Shown here piece after piece: positions 1-13,422 of a DNA stretch of 64,000 nucleotides. The notes under the pieces were generated by a model, which did no database searches, had not been told where the DNA came from, and was given only the letters and a program-made list of their open reading frames with translations. This stretch comes from Tubiluchus corallicola (Eukaryota > Animalia > Priapulida): NCBI GenBank assembly GCA_030141605.1, contig JAQGDQ010000169.1:387833-451832 (forward strand). Direction: 5' to 3'. A program made the translations under genes and the position numbers. Position 1 is the stretch's first letter, and the number at the start of each line of letters is the position of its first letter.

Positions 1-320
1 TCGGAGGAATTGATATCCAAGAAACCGATAGAATAAAGAAGAGACTTCATCGCCATGAAGGTGAAATGTGTAAAAAATCACAAAAAGATTCTCGGTTAGC
101 CAACAAATCTCCAAAGCAGCTATTATAGCCATATTTCAGTTTTGAATCAGATGCAGAGGCTTATTTAACTGACGATCGGGGAACGCCTGAGAAAAATGAA
201 CCACAACAGAATCGTTTTAAAATTAGAAATATCGTTCGTGAAGTAGGCAAGTAGACTATGGGCTGTTACACAGAGCTGCAGCTGCAATAGCTTCGGCCAT
301 ATTACGAATTTGATGAGAGT
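1..320 (+). mobile_element. Degraded DNA-transposase remnant (hAT/hATm-like, tentative)
   Basis: Frame from nt 3 reads GGIDIQETDRIKKRL...*...QQNRFKIRNIVREVGK*, then after a frameshift YGLLHRAAAAIASAIL. This resembles the GGxD / QNR / RYGxSxRAAAAIAS blocks I recall from invertebrate hATm-type transposases. Stops and a frameshift show decay; the family call is from memory. Confidence 0.45.
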
Positions 321-1843
321 TACGCAATAGCCACCATAAAATCCCAACTTGTCATCACAATTTCAATGAGAAACCAATTTTCAGTATGTGTTTCGACGGG
401 AAATATAATGGCATTATATTATTGCGAATTGTGAATTCCCCTTTGCAATGGCACATATGCTTAAAAGTGAAATAAGGCAGTTTGTTTTACCAAAATTAAA
501 CTTTAAAAGCAGTCCATTATAGTGAAATAGTGATTTGGTGCCTAATTGCCTATTGTTATACAAAAAGTGTACAAAATGTGCCAATTTGCCGTGGAGACAC
601 ATGTTCCCAGAATTGAAGAAAGCTAAAATTTCGCACAAGAACATTTTCTCGTGAGCCCTTCATATGGGTAAAGTTCTAAAACAAATGCCCAAAAACTGTC
701 CATTTTTTGTGATATACAATGTGTCACTATAATACGCCAAGTATAAGATCAAACTAACATGCAGAGACTGTGTTCTCAGTATTCAATGAAGTTAAACATT
801 TGCAGATGAGTATCTCTTCACCAGCCTCCGTGAGCAGCTTTTCACAAGCCTCCGTAATGGCTGGTTTTCCTAATGCACATCGTTGCATGGTGACTTTACA
901 ACAATGTATTGTTGTCCATGCAGAAACAGACTGGTCCAAAATGTAATTTCCCTTTGCATTTCTTTCACTTCAAAACTGGAAACAAGCTCGAAAAAATTTA
1001 GACACACGTTTTCAGTTTTTTGCCGTGATAAAGTTTAGATCTGTCGCGGCAACTAGATTTTCGAAAGTTGCAACTGTACACTGTACAAGTTCTTTTTGTG
1101 TATGTGATGGCGCAAAGCATGAATTTAAAGAGTTGTTAAACTTGGAAATAAGTAAAGGCGTTTTTGTGTAACCAGATTTAAAAGATTAAGTCTACGATTA
1201 ACCGACTCACAGAAAAATGAATGTAAAAGATCAAATTATGTAAAAGATCAGATTTAACTAGTATATGAAACTGCCACCTAAATCACACTAATACTTATTC
1301 TTTTCATATCCAGAACATTAATTATCTGCATCAACACAGTGCACCGCGACTAATTAAATAAAAATGGAAAGAAATCGTGTAATTCTTACGTTTAATTCAG
1401 CATTATGCATTTTCCAAGTAACCTATTCTAGCCTTTGCAAGAGTCCGCCCATTTCATTTGACTTTTAAGGTTCTCCTTAAAAGTATTGCTAAAATCTGTG
1501 TTGTAATGTTGCAAACAGTGCCACGTTGCATGGTGTGTTGGCAAATTTCCAACAAATTCGCAGATGTTCAAAATAAACATCGTCAACATTTCCAAATTAT
1601 TTGTCAGTTATGGTAAACAACTGTAACTGACAATGAGTGCGTCAAAAATGTGTTATTTACTGTTGCAAATATCAGCATCCGGGGCCTGTTATGGTCGTGC
1701 TGTCTGTGCAGCTGGATAAACTACAAAGTTTAGCTAGGGGAATTTACCAGTACAATAATGCTAAATAAATCCAATATATGTAATAGCAATCCGTGTACAG
1801 GATGTCAATCCAGGATGTTGTTGATAAGTACGTACAACCGGTG

Positions 1844-1885
1844 TATATATAAAGATCGGTGACTGCCACCTGCAAACATCAGAGC
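1844..1885 (+). promoter_or_regulatory. TATA box and Inr-like start of the Cys-rich secreted protein gene
   Basis: TATATATAAAG at 1844-1854, an Inr-like ATCAGA ~30 nt downstream (1878-1883), then a strong donor CAG|GTATGT at 1928/1929 defining a non-coding first exon. Confidence 0.65.
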
Positions 1886-2092
1886 TAGATTTCAAACGTT
1901 ACGTAAAAACGCCCTACCTCTGTTTCAGGTATGTTTGCATTTTATTAAATTAGTTTCAAATTGGTGCCTTTGCTTCTCTCTAAATAAGAAATGAATGAAT
2001 AGTCCATATTACAAGCAGTAAGAATTATTTAATGTTCATTTTAAACGTTCCTATAGTATAGTAGATTCTTCTTTTTGTGTTTCACTAAAATT

Positions 2093-2334
<242 letters not shown>

Positions 2335-2510
2335 AGTATTTTCTTTTCTTTGTCTCACATTCAGTATTGGACTAAATATATTAGTTACCTAAATGTGCTG
2401 AATTTTAAGAAATAAGTTAAAAACTTTTCTTTATCCAAATGCATTGTTTTTTACAGTTAATTGTCTACTGATAGTGGTTGCAATTAATTTGTTCCGCTAT
2501 TAAATTAACT

Positions 2511-5500
2511 ATGGGTACTGAGTGGTACTACCTCGGCTTTCTTATAGTAGCATGGATTGGTTTTTCTGTGGATGCTGCTCCTAGCATAGAAGAAGTTGAT
2601 GTCGGTCCTCTGATGGGTAATTGCATTCGCGATTTGTATTTTTTAGAAAAGTTCAAATAGTTCCTCATTTGAAGAAGTTAGAGTTAGTTGATAACATTAC
2701 CGTAGCCATAAAGCATCAAAAATGCTGATGACAGCACAATTCAACTGTTGAAAAGCAGTTTTACACATCACTAGATCCTGTTTCTGTCAAAATCGAATGA
2801 AGAATCCAAATTGCTTCAGCACTGGTAAGGTAAAATAAATTTTATGCGATACCAAGACATGAACCAGCAGTCTACGAGTATTCCACGACTGTAACCCTTA
2901 AAACTAAGGCAAATGGATTTCAGCAAGTTCCTTGTTCGCATTTTTACGAAGAAGAGAAGTTCATTTATCCGTTTTTAATGTCTACTCCTCGCCATCTCTT
3001 TTCTTGTGGCGCGTTCAGACGTAGAGACTTCTCTCGCAACTTGTTGCCATGTGTGAACGGCTTGGCAACGTCTCTCAGAGAACAAGTTGCGAGAGAAGTC
3101 TCTACGTCTGAACGCGCCATTAGGATTTTTAGCGAGACGAGTTTGTCTGTTTGGCCTTTACGAACGGTCGAAAGACACCAAAGCAACACATTTAGCGAGG
3201 GTTCCGAGTTCATTCTATCTAAGTGGCATTAGTTACTAAGTCAGGCACAGAGAGACCATCACTGACCTTTCCGGTTTTATGAATACCCGAAAATACACCG
3301 ACGACTACGACTCACAACGGGGTCATCTGACATAGTTTGCTTGAATTTTGCTTGTTTGCGCTTTTCATTTATAAACTAAGCACCGATTGTGAATATTAGC
3401 CAGTAATATTTTTCTCGGCAATAATATAATCTTTTTTTTTTCATCCAAAACAGCAACATTTTCTTATTTCTAATACAGTACGTCGCTTAAGATAAATAAT
3501 CTCAAATGAATACCTTAAATAAACTTGATAATTTTCCCTCGGGGGAGGGCACATAAGCTTAACACGGTTCAGCACCCACTTGCATATAGGTTACTTGACA
3601 AAAGGCTCTTCACGAGGCAAATTTCGAAACAAATTAAGTTAGCAAGAATTTTGTGTGAAAATGAGTCAGGTTTTCATTGGTGGAGATTTAGGAAAGCTGA
3701 TCAGTGTATTAGATGCTAGCTACACTGAGCTATACACTGGTGCAACGGCAGTTCCATGATATTTGTAAAGTTTGAACGTTCTATCTGAATATTTTAAAAA
3801 TCGTCTAATGTCTGCATTGTAGCACATGAAAATGTTTATTTGGTAATACTATTTTAAAAACTAAGCAATGTCAAAACCTATTAACAAATATTGCACAATA
3901 AATTTTGTGTATTTCTGCATAAAAGTACAATGACTCATTCCTTTGGTAATACATCATTACTTACACATTTAGCAATTATTGAGAAAATGTCATCAAAGTA
4001 AGAAAATGCTTTTTAGTTTCCATTTGCCAAAATCCATACTAAAGCTTTTTGTTTATATTAATAGTCAAACTAGTGCACTGTTGAACTGTTTATATTTTGA
4101 AACTTATAATTTTCACAATGCACAATGTCTCGTGGCACAATGTCACAAGTTAATAATAACGAGCCTGACTTACTAAAACAACTTACTTATCTAAAGATTT
4201 ATTCAGATCACCATCACAATCAAAAGAAACGAAAAATTAAATTCTACGTATTTATTTAGAACACATTCGCAGTAAACGAGAAGTAGATCCTAACTGGAAG
4301 AAGAAACTGGCTCAAGCCATTTGCACATCAATAGCTCCCGCAGGATGGACCTATGCAGTTAAACGCGATTGTCATGGTTTATATGCCGACTGCAAACAGC
4401 TATGTGCTAACTCCGTTCTCCACAGACAGGATTCACAGACAGCAAGTAAGACAGGCAGACAGAGTAGTTATTTTATGTAATTCGGTTAGCAAATAATACT
4501 AAAATAAAGAAATGAGTTTAAATGAAATTCGTTATCAAACTGATTTTTGTTTAAATATTAGATATTTTGGAGCTTTATTAACTTTACACGTTTTCCGTTT
4601 GTTTCTTTCCATACGATACTTGTGCAATTTGGAACACTGCAAACCAAAATCCATTACTCAGCGGCAGGGTCTGCTGACTCTGATATTGCAAAACCTATGG
4701 CGAGAACTTGGGTCATTCTCAAAGTTAATTTTCTAACAACGTACTGGTAGAGGCGCTTTTTCGCGGAGAGGTTAAATGTACTGAGTAGTTGAAGACATCT
4801 ATTTTGGACAAAATAGACAATGATAATACGAAATAAAAATACAAATTATTGTTATTGCTGTCATTGTCGCCTTCATTGTCATAATTAATATGACCATTAG
4901 CAAAATAATGACTGTTACCAGTCTGCCAGCAGACACCGAGGCAGCAACAGGAATTACGGTCCAGCCAATGCAGTCTTATCAAAAATGGAAATCGAAATCT
5001 TATTTCCTTCAACGAAGGAAATGCATTTCCTTCTCTTGTGTCTTTCCACTTAAGTATAATTAACCTGCAATTTAAAATGCATATCTTCAACACTTAAACT
5101 TTCGTTTTCGTAAAAGTTTTCTAACATTCAGTTTTTAACACCTCTCAGTTTTTAACAATAATCTGAAACTTCCAAAAGTTTAGAATTAAATCCTATGATA
5201 AGATTTTAAATGACGTCTCTGAGAACATAATCATCTTCATCAAGAAGGCGTCACAGGCATCAATCTCATCGTTCTCTTCTTTGTTATCACTTTACTGATT
5301 TTATTGTGATCATTGTCTTCATTGGTAATAACTTTGCTACCATTATCACCATCATTGTCATTTTTACAACAGCCTTTGCCACTTCCACTGCCTTTGGTGT
5401 CACTGCCAGTGTCATCAGCAGGATTAGACTTGCTATTGTCACATTCATTAATAATACCTTCAAAACGTATTATAGCGTATTTTTAACTTTCAGATTCGAA

Positions 5501-5639
5501 CTGGAAGTGCATTAACTCGGTCCACGTTTACGATACTCCTACAACTGAAAGCATCAGTAAACTGGGCCCCAAGGTTTACAAATACAATAGCTGTGGAGGC
5601 GGTTGCGGCCCAAACTACTGCTGCTGCAATGTTAATTAA
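2511..5639 (+). CDS. Uncharacterised secreted cysteine-rich prepro-protein, 145 aa, 3 coding exons
   Basis: Exons 2511-2616, 4260-4445 and 5494-5639, all GT-AG with matching phase 1/1, 438 nt total. Product: MGTEWYYLGFLIVAWIGFSVDAAPSIEEVDVGPLMEHIRSKREVDPNWKKKLAQAICTSIAPAGWTYAVKRDCHGLYADCKQLCANSVLHRQDSQTANSNWKCINSVHVYDTPTTESISKLGPKVYKYNSCGGGCGPNYCCCNVN*. Has a hydrophobic signal peptide, acidic pro-region, RSKR furin-type site and 10 Cys. UTR exon ends at 1928, exon-2 acceptor at 2456, AATAAA at 5819-5824. Confidence 0.85.
3007..3119. mobile_element. Palindromic MITE (PIF/Harbinger-like) in intron 2
   Basis: Perfect 39-bp inverted arms: TGGCGCGTTCAGACGTAGAGACTTCTCTCGCAACTTGTT (3007-3045) and its reverse complement (3081-3119). 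Flanked by TTG/TTA, a possible degenerate 3-bp TSD. Confidence 0.85.
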
Positions 5640-7459
5640 TGAAATTTTTGTTGAATCAAATTAAACTACAGGCTGAGTCACCACAACATCTTAATCAGCC
5701 GCTGTAGTCATCATTAATGAAATACAAGATTTTTGAAAAACCCCATGTGTGTACTTCACTGATAATTACTGTAGTGACAATTAAACTGTTTGCAGTTTTA
5801 CTTGTCTTTTAAAATTTTAATAAAATTGTTATTTATAATTTACAAATTTCGTAATTTTTCGCTTGAATCTCAAGCTAGTTACAGTCTATGTTTGAATTTG
5901 TCGCATTAAATCCCTTTGAAAAACGAATTCATTTCAGATTCGAAAAGTGGCATGTATTCGTAAATTATGACGACGTGGGCGAACTGTATGATATTATTTA
6001 TAAATTATATGTTCTGGTTTAAAACAAAGTTGCGGTGACTTATAAACTGTAGCCGTGTACATTAATAAAAGAACATTAATAAAAGAATTAGTGGTCCAGT
6101 TATTATATCAGCCATATTGTTTCTTATGTGTGCCAGTGTAAAAATATGACTTATGTGGCAATTTGCTGACTTGCAGTAAATTAAATTCCAATAAACAAAA
6201 CTTTTTTAAGTTCATTCTAATACAGTGATGTTTTATTTTATTTATTTATTTATTTTACTACTACTATTGAGTAGACTTTGATAAACAGATTGATGTTTTT
6301 ATAATTAAAATACCGTTTACTTGAAAAATTCTTGACTATGTAGAATTATGATATTATCGATAGGAATAAACAAGCCAAAACTACAACCCGAGGCGGTAAT
6401 TTATGCTTCTTGCGTTAATTTAACAATATGTTTACTTGTTAAGGACCTAGAAAAAGAACATTATTTTTCATTCATGCTACGCAGTCACAGAAAGTAGAAG
6501 TTCTAACTGCAAAAGAAGACTAAAGTTACTTAAATTTACAGTTCCTGAATTTGGTGGCCTGCATTCAAAATTGGGATACGCACACGATCTGTGATATTCC
6601 ATACTTTTTGATTCAGAAATTTTGAGGCAGAAATAAAAAGTTCAGGACATTTTATTCGCTCTTATTATAGTTAACCAGGAGTACATTACTCCCGCTTAGT
6701 GGACAGTGATTGGACATGTTACACCATTTAAACTTATCAGAATTCACAAGGACAAGTCCTGTGAACTACTGACTGCGGTCTGATTTCTTTATGATTCAGA
6801 CAGAGTGGGGTTTAGACCCAAACTGGACCTAACGTGAAAAGTGTCGCCACTGTTTCAGTCTCTTTGCTTAGAAACTTGTTACAAATATTCGGGAAAGTGC
6901 GCTGATATTATTGTTAGTGAGAAACATGCATGCTGCACTTGTTTGTTTTATTATAAATTTATTTCTAGGAATAACCAAATCATTAAATAATCAAGTCTCA
7001 TCATCACGGTTAGGCCGTGAAAAAACCAATACATCCAATGTCAATTGATCCAATCACGTATATCTCTATAACACCAGAAGCGCATAAACCCTATTCTTGT
7101 ATCAACGCCAATAAAACAGGTATTTACACAAGTGATTGAAACCTTTGTTACACTGTAACTGACTTCTGCCAACAAATGAATCAAGTTGGGGCGTGAGAGT
7201 CCGAGTTGCACAGAAATGTCAACTCGCCAGTGTTGCGAGATATCAACTGGCCAACTTAACGCAACAGTGAATGTTTGCACAATTCATTTGATACGGCTTC
7301 GAGTAGCGTCATTACATTCAGTCTTAATTATAGGTTACTTGCTAGTATAGTAAAAGCATACTAAACATCGGATTTTAATATACTAAACGTCGAATTTACT
7401 GCTTCTTCTGCTGTCTACAGTGGCAAAATTTGAGTGTGATGAAAGAGCCTTCACTAGCA

Positions 7460-7497
7460 ATGATGATGGTGATGATGATCATAATGATAATGATGAC

Positions 7498-7563
<66 letters not shown>

Positions 7564-7571
7564 ACTGATGA
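7460..7571. repeat. (GAT)n microsatellite
   Basis: Long GAT run; source of the poly-D/poly-M/poly-I ORFs. Confidence 0.95.
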
Positions 7572-7750
7572 CAGCGCGAATGATCATAATTTTTTCATCA
7601 TCTACACGGTAGGATTTAACAACAGAGCCTACTTAAAATAGATGATAGCAAGGCTGGAATGCAGCTGAAGTCCAAGGGTAATCTTCTGCTGGGTCCCCGA
7701 GCAAAGACGGTGGTGAAAATGCTAAAGTCCTGAAAGTCAGCATATGCGTT

Positions 7751-7975
7751 GGTGATGGTGGTAACAACGGTGATGACAACAACGACTGGTCACGGCAACA
7801 AGCGTGACGATGACGATGGTGATGACAGTGGTGGTCGTAATGACAATGGTGATGACAGTAGAAAGAGTGACAGTGACAGAAGAAAAAGACGAACTCACAA
7901 CTACATCAAAAGTCACAACAAGAAGTCATCATCGTCATCATCATCATCATCATCATCACCGTCGTCGTCATCATT
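7751..7975. repeat. Degenerate (GAY/GGT)n and (CAT)n trinucleotide low-complexity tract
   Basis: Mixed GAT/GAC/GGT triplets followed by a TCA/TCG run. Confidence 0.8.
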
Positions 7976-10029
7976 AATCTAGTGGGTAATTTTTTTTCAA
8001 GCCCCAATTTTGTTTCTTTATTGCGCATTACTCTGCAGTAGCAGCGGGTAGCGTGAAATGCTACAATTTTAAACATCTTAATTACTGTCTGGAAACTTTG
8101 AAGGTTTATTATTGTTTGGTTCACGACTAGTCTCTGTATTAAACATCCATTACTAGCAGCGATCTCTTTAACAAGAGCATGTGTTCTGAATATAGATGAT
8201 GTTTTTCATGCTCCTCTGAGCGTCCAATCACCCAGGGGAGCGAGCAGTTCGGTCATGACGTTCAACTCGACCTAATCCAGGAGTGAGATTGAGAAGGAGA
8301 GTCAGGAGCTTCATCACGCATCCTGCATCTTAAAACTTTGCTTATTAAAAGTTGGAACGATTTTAAGAATAAATTCTTGATGGGGAATGATTTTATTATA
8401 ATAATAATAAGTCGAAAATATCTCAGCTTCACACTTTGGAGTATACTTCATGAAACGTGGTGCTAGAGCATTGTTTCAAGAATCTAGCCTGACGCCAACC
8501 GATAAGTTGTTGTTTTTGCGCATTGAGAAACAAGCATTATTTCCCATCTACATCTACGTATGAAATATGGCTTTCGAAAAAACGATTATTTAACGTAAAT
8601 CATTTCCAAAACATTATTTGCACTAGAGATATTTTAAACCATGGTCATTTTGAGTTATGGTCTAAAATTTGCTCCTGCTTTCGCAGGGTAAGATCAGTGA
8701 CTTTGATATCTCTTACAAGTTTAAAACAATTTATAAGATACAGAATTGGAATTAGAATTTCGTTTGTTTTTTACCTGTTACTAAAAATATTAGTGCAGTA
8801 TAACTGTAACGAAAACAATATATAAATTTAACATTATAATTAATTTTAGTTGCTGTATAGGTGAAGGGGCGACGAATAAACATAAATTATTGAGGCAGTC
8901 ACCCAAATATTTACCACAGTTTTTTAATAGTTATTACGAAGACGGATAGATTTGCAATAAAGCACATGTGATGTAAATAAATGAATAGGTAAACAAATAA
9001 ATTACACAAAACGATATATAAGCTTAATTTCTGATAGAAGTACAGTAAGTATCCCGATAACCCTGATAACATAACTTTGGACAGATTCTTTGACATTTCT
9101 GAAAGTGTGGTATCTTCAGAGCACACAATTCACACACCAGGGATTTGAAACAGTATTGATGCGCTGTTAGATGATGGCCTCTCTCTGTTTAAACAAAACA
9201 GTCAAGGAGTTCTACTACGACTTGTGCTGGTGACGAATGAAGACTATGTTTGTTTGATTACTAAACTGTTTAACGAATTTGAACAAATGACACTAAATTT
9301 TCTATTGTTCCTGGGAGTAACGACTTGGTGATAGTAATTATGATGTTGAATTCATTTTTGTTCTGCTAAAGCGATGTGGAAAGTATAGCAAACATGATCG
9401 CATACTCGACTAGTTGCAATGAACAGATTTTCATCAATCGAAGCACAATTTATAATTATTGTAAACTATTAATAAAATTAATGAGAATAAACAATATAAC
9501 ATTGACCTTTTGTTGTCTCTGCTGCTGCTGCTGCTGGAGCTTGGATTAGTTCCTTTTGTCACGCAGAAATTTGGAACTGGAATTGATTCCTTTCCTTGGC
9601 AGAAAACTAGGAGTTGGAACTGCTTTCTAAAACTGAAAGACGTTTGCAATCCTCTCTCAATGTGGTCTACCCAAATACATGTGTACAGAATTTTCCATAA
9701 AGGTCACCACTAATTTTATTTTCAATTTTCTTTGTAGCGTTCATCAAATAGTAAACTCTTACTCAATAGTTGAGATTTTTTTGAGTTTTCATTTGAAATT
9801 TTGTTCCTATTTCTTCTGCTACCATTCTGTCTCTAGAGAGGAGGCGCAGAATTGCTGCATGGCTACACAATTTATATAGAAAAAAGCATGGTATATGGGA
9901 ATAAACCAAAATCTCTGCAGCCAAGTTTGACGACACTAAAAACTATCATTTGGTTCTTGTTGTAATTTTGATTAATTTTAATATTTTTTAAAATGATCAA
10001 TGGCTTGTGAAATGCCAGATATAGCCTAT

Positions 10030-10478
10030 TAGTGTGGTCCGATGTCCTGCTTTTGGAAGGCAGTCCTGATTTTGAGCACTCTGTCCTTCGTCCTTCTTAA
10101 CCTTAAGAAGGACATTAATTTGTCCCTTTTGGGGCCTGTCTAAAAATGATTATATAAACTGACTTCACATGTTTTAAAAATTTACAAACAGCGAGAAACA
10201 CGGGAAATGAGAGTCACAATGACCACTCTCTAACTTAGTTTTACTATTATTTTGTGCAGTTGCTGTTGACTGCAGTGTAACCAATGGCAGATAGCTAGCA
10301 TCACACAAAACAAAACATCTAAAATAAAAAATTGTTTGAATGCAATAATTTGTGTGATTACGTATTTTGCATATTATATAATACATATATACACATAACG
10401 CCATTCAACCTTTTGGGGGGGGGGGGATATGGAGCGAATGCGTCCTTCTTTTTGGAAATTTAGAAATGGCATAGCCTA
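10030..10478. mobile_element. Degenerate hAT-type MITE
   Basis: Begins TAGTGTGG..., carries GTCCT subterminal motifs at both ends, and ends ...ATGGCATAGCCTA. ATAGCCTA occurs at both 10021-10028 and 10471-10478. Confidence 0.4.
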
Positions 10479-11287
10479 CACAGATTTAAGTACAGTATAC
10501 ACAACAGTCTCTCTAGTAATAACGGTGCATACTAACGAGGCGGGATGCTAGAGTATGCGCTTGCGGCGCTTAGAAGAATCTGCTTCCTTCAGTAGATGCG
10601 ATAATATAATTAGCAACCCATTTTACACACCGTCAATATTCATCAGTAGTCTAATCAGTTCGATGTTACAATACTCAGCTAATTCTAATTATCTGCCACT
10701 AGGCTAGAACGTCACATGGTAACTCTTTCTTTCACTGTATATTTATAATTGGTTAAGAACGGCATTTTAATGCTGTAAACGAAATCCTAAAATTGGGACC
10801 ATTCCAGTTTACCAACCTATTAATTAATTTGCTAAACAAACTGCCAAACAAGCCTTCCTTATTAAAAATTCGTTCTTGCAAAACTGTTGCACATACAAAA
10901 GTGTAAAAATGTTCATTTGTTTATCTAATGTTGCAGTTAACGTTAATGATTGGTTAGCCAACCAAAGCAGGCTAAAGTAATTATCTTTTTGCGCCAAGAA
11001 AAAATGGAGAAGAATCGCAAATATTAATGATTTTTTCAGGGACAAAATTAATGTTGATAATGTGTCAGCGTTCCGAAAATCTCGTCAATTTCTGGTTCCA
11101 TGCACTATGAAAACAAGCAGCCCTCGCTAAGGCTTATATGACGTCGATGAGCAAATTCTAGCGTCATACTGATCGCAACCGTTTGTGTAATGCCAGTGTA
11201 TACATTGAAATAAGAAACGCACAAAAAATGAAATAAAACAACAACCTGGCACATAAGGACATTTTCTCTGACCATCATTTGTTCTTC

Positions 11288-11314
11288 GACGACGATAATG
11301 GTAATGATGATGGC

Positions 11315-11352
<38 letters not shown>

Positions 11353-11434
11353 GGATGATGATGACGATGATAGTGACGATGAAGGTGACGATGGCGACGA
11401 CAACGAGGGCAACGATAGTGATAATGACGACAAC
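11288..11434. repeat. (GAT/GAC)n microsatellite
   Basis: Triplet run giving poly-D/poly-M ORFs. Confidence 0.9.
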
Positions 11435-13328
11435 ATTAAAATTGTTGCTGAGATTGTCCTTTACTGAACCACAATTTTTGGCTGCGTTTACATGCTGTTA
11501 ACTCGGTCTCAGTTACTCAGTCACTGCGTGGCATTAACTGAATTTTATCAAAAAGTGTGGGCGAGGTAAAAGGAAAATCATGTTCTTGTGAAACATGCAT
11601 GTAATCAGATCATTATTTCAATGCTTAATTGACTCTTATTTGCATTTTCGTTTTTACCATAGAAGAAAAAGTATATCAACGTAAATAATCGTTTGCTTGC
11701 GCGCAATTCTATTTGCACATTTGCCCATTAACATTATTGTTATTTTAGATTTAGTAGTCGGTCAAAAGGTCCCTTGTTTTACTATACACACATACACATG
11801 AAAAGGTAAATCACCACCAATAATTTCCAGCTCAAGATGAAACCTACGTTCGTCTGCAACAAGAAAATGCGTATTTTTGAACTAATAGGCCGTTTTCAAC
11901 TATTCATCTATTCTATAAATTTCAACTCTTCCTAAACTAGATAAGTTAATTTTATTCCTTTAAGAATGGCACCTTCAAGAAAATTATCTGATCTATACCT
12001 AGTTTTTACGATGAAACGTCACTTGTCAGCTTTTAATTCACCTTTATATTACTTATTTCTGAAAAAACATCTGGTGTATTTTGCTAGCTTACGTACTAAC
12101 CATACAAATTGTAACAATAATACGGATTAAGCATTTATGAGCTATATTGTAAGCATAAATGTACCAAAATTAACGTGATACAGTTAGGTTATTACGTTGT
12201 TGAACTCAACAAATTAAATAAAAGTGGAATTAAATTAAATAGTATTTTGCAAGAGTTAGTTTAACCTTTTCTTACGTTTATTTAGTTGATGAAATCAAAT
12301 CCAATATAAAATTTAATTGCATTATTGCTTCCTGTAGAATAGCTACTAAGAATTTTAAATTTGGTTCATTCTTATAAATTAACGTATAAGCTGCTTAGTA
12401 CGAAATCGACTAGAATTGAATAGATATTTTTGTTTTTTATTTTTTAGCATGCATTTTCCCACCCAACGTCTAAGGTAAAATGGTTCGAGTTAGAAAGCTA
12501 TCTTTCTTTCAGGACTTCTCCTTGCAGTTTAGCCGCGTACACCTGAATATCGGGATTCACTAATAATACAGCCGATAGAAACTTTGTATTAAATAATACG
12601 TAGTTTCGTAAACTTTATATAATTCTCCACACACACTACTGCTGCTGATTTGAAAATATAACTTATTTTAGTTAATTAGAATTTGTTTTTAATGATATAA
12701 TACTAATAAGATAATGCAATAGCAGAAAACTTACGTTTCAAAGCAAAAATCGTCAGTGTTATTTCTTACAAAAAGTTTTCATCAATAAGTCGACAGCGTG
12801 TGCCTATCAAATGCCGATCAAGTGATTTCTGGCTTTCTGCACTTATTGACTGATTTGGTAGGTGTTTCAAGCCGACATGCGTCGACCAAGCCAAACCCGA
12901 ACTGCTCTACAGGCTATTAACTTGGTGACGTCATTAGTAAATTAATGAGTATTCAGGCTGAATTGCAGGTAAAAGCTATACCACAAACGTAGCTCTTGAC
13001 TTCGACCCTTTATTAATAACGATGACTGGGAAAATGTGCATTGCTTAGTAAATAAAAAAATAGGCATTGAATGCCAACGCATTATTTCGACTATGCAGTT
13101 TATACGATAATTGGTGGCATTTTAGCATGAATATATTATTTTTGCAGCAATATAAATGCCAGAACCCGGCGAGGGTGATCACGATTTGAGGTTCTCTAGA
13201 AGAATGTCTGCTTTCTAGGCCATACGACCGGAAAAAATGAAGGTCTGCTATAGATTTATATAGATACATTGCGCACAGGGTCTTAGCGAAAGAGATGGTG
13301 CATCGTAAGTTGTGATCAGATACAGGAC

Positions 13329-13422
13329 TGATGATGATGACGACGACGACGACGACGACGATGATGATAAAGACGACGATGAAAGAAAGGAGAGGAGGAG
13401 GAGGAGAAGAGGGTGAGGAGAA
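13329..13422. repeat. Compound (GAT)n(GAC)n(GAG)n microsatellite
   Basis: Direct reading. Confidence 0.85.

Noticed and set aside
7396-7982. Poly-D/M/I/S ORFs (also at 11279-11501) resembling acidic biomineral proteins
   Set aside because: They are (GAT)n microsatellite read-throughs with no signal peptide, splice context or supporting exons.
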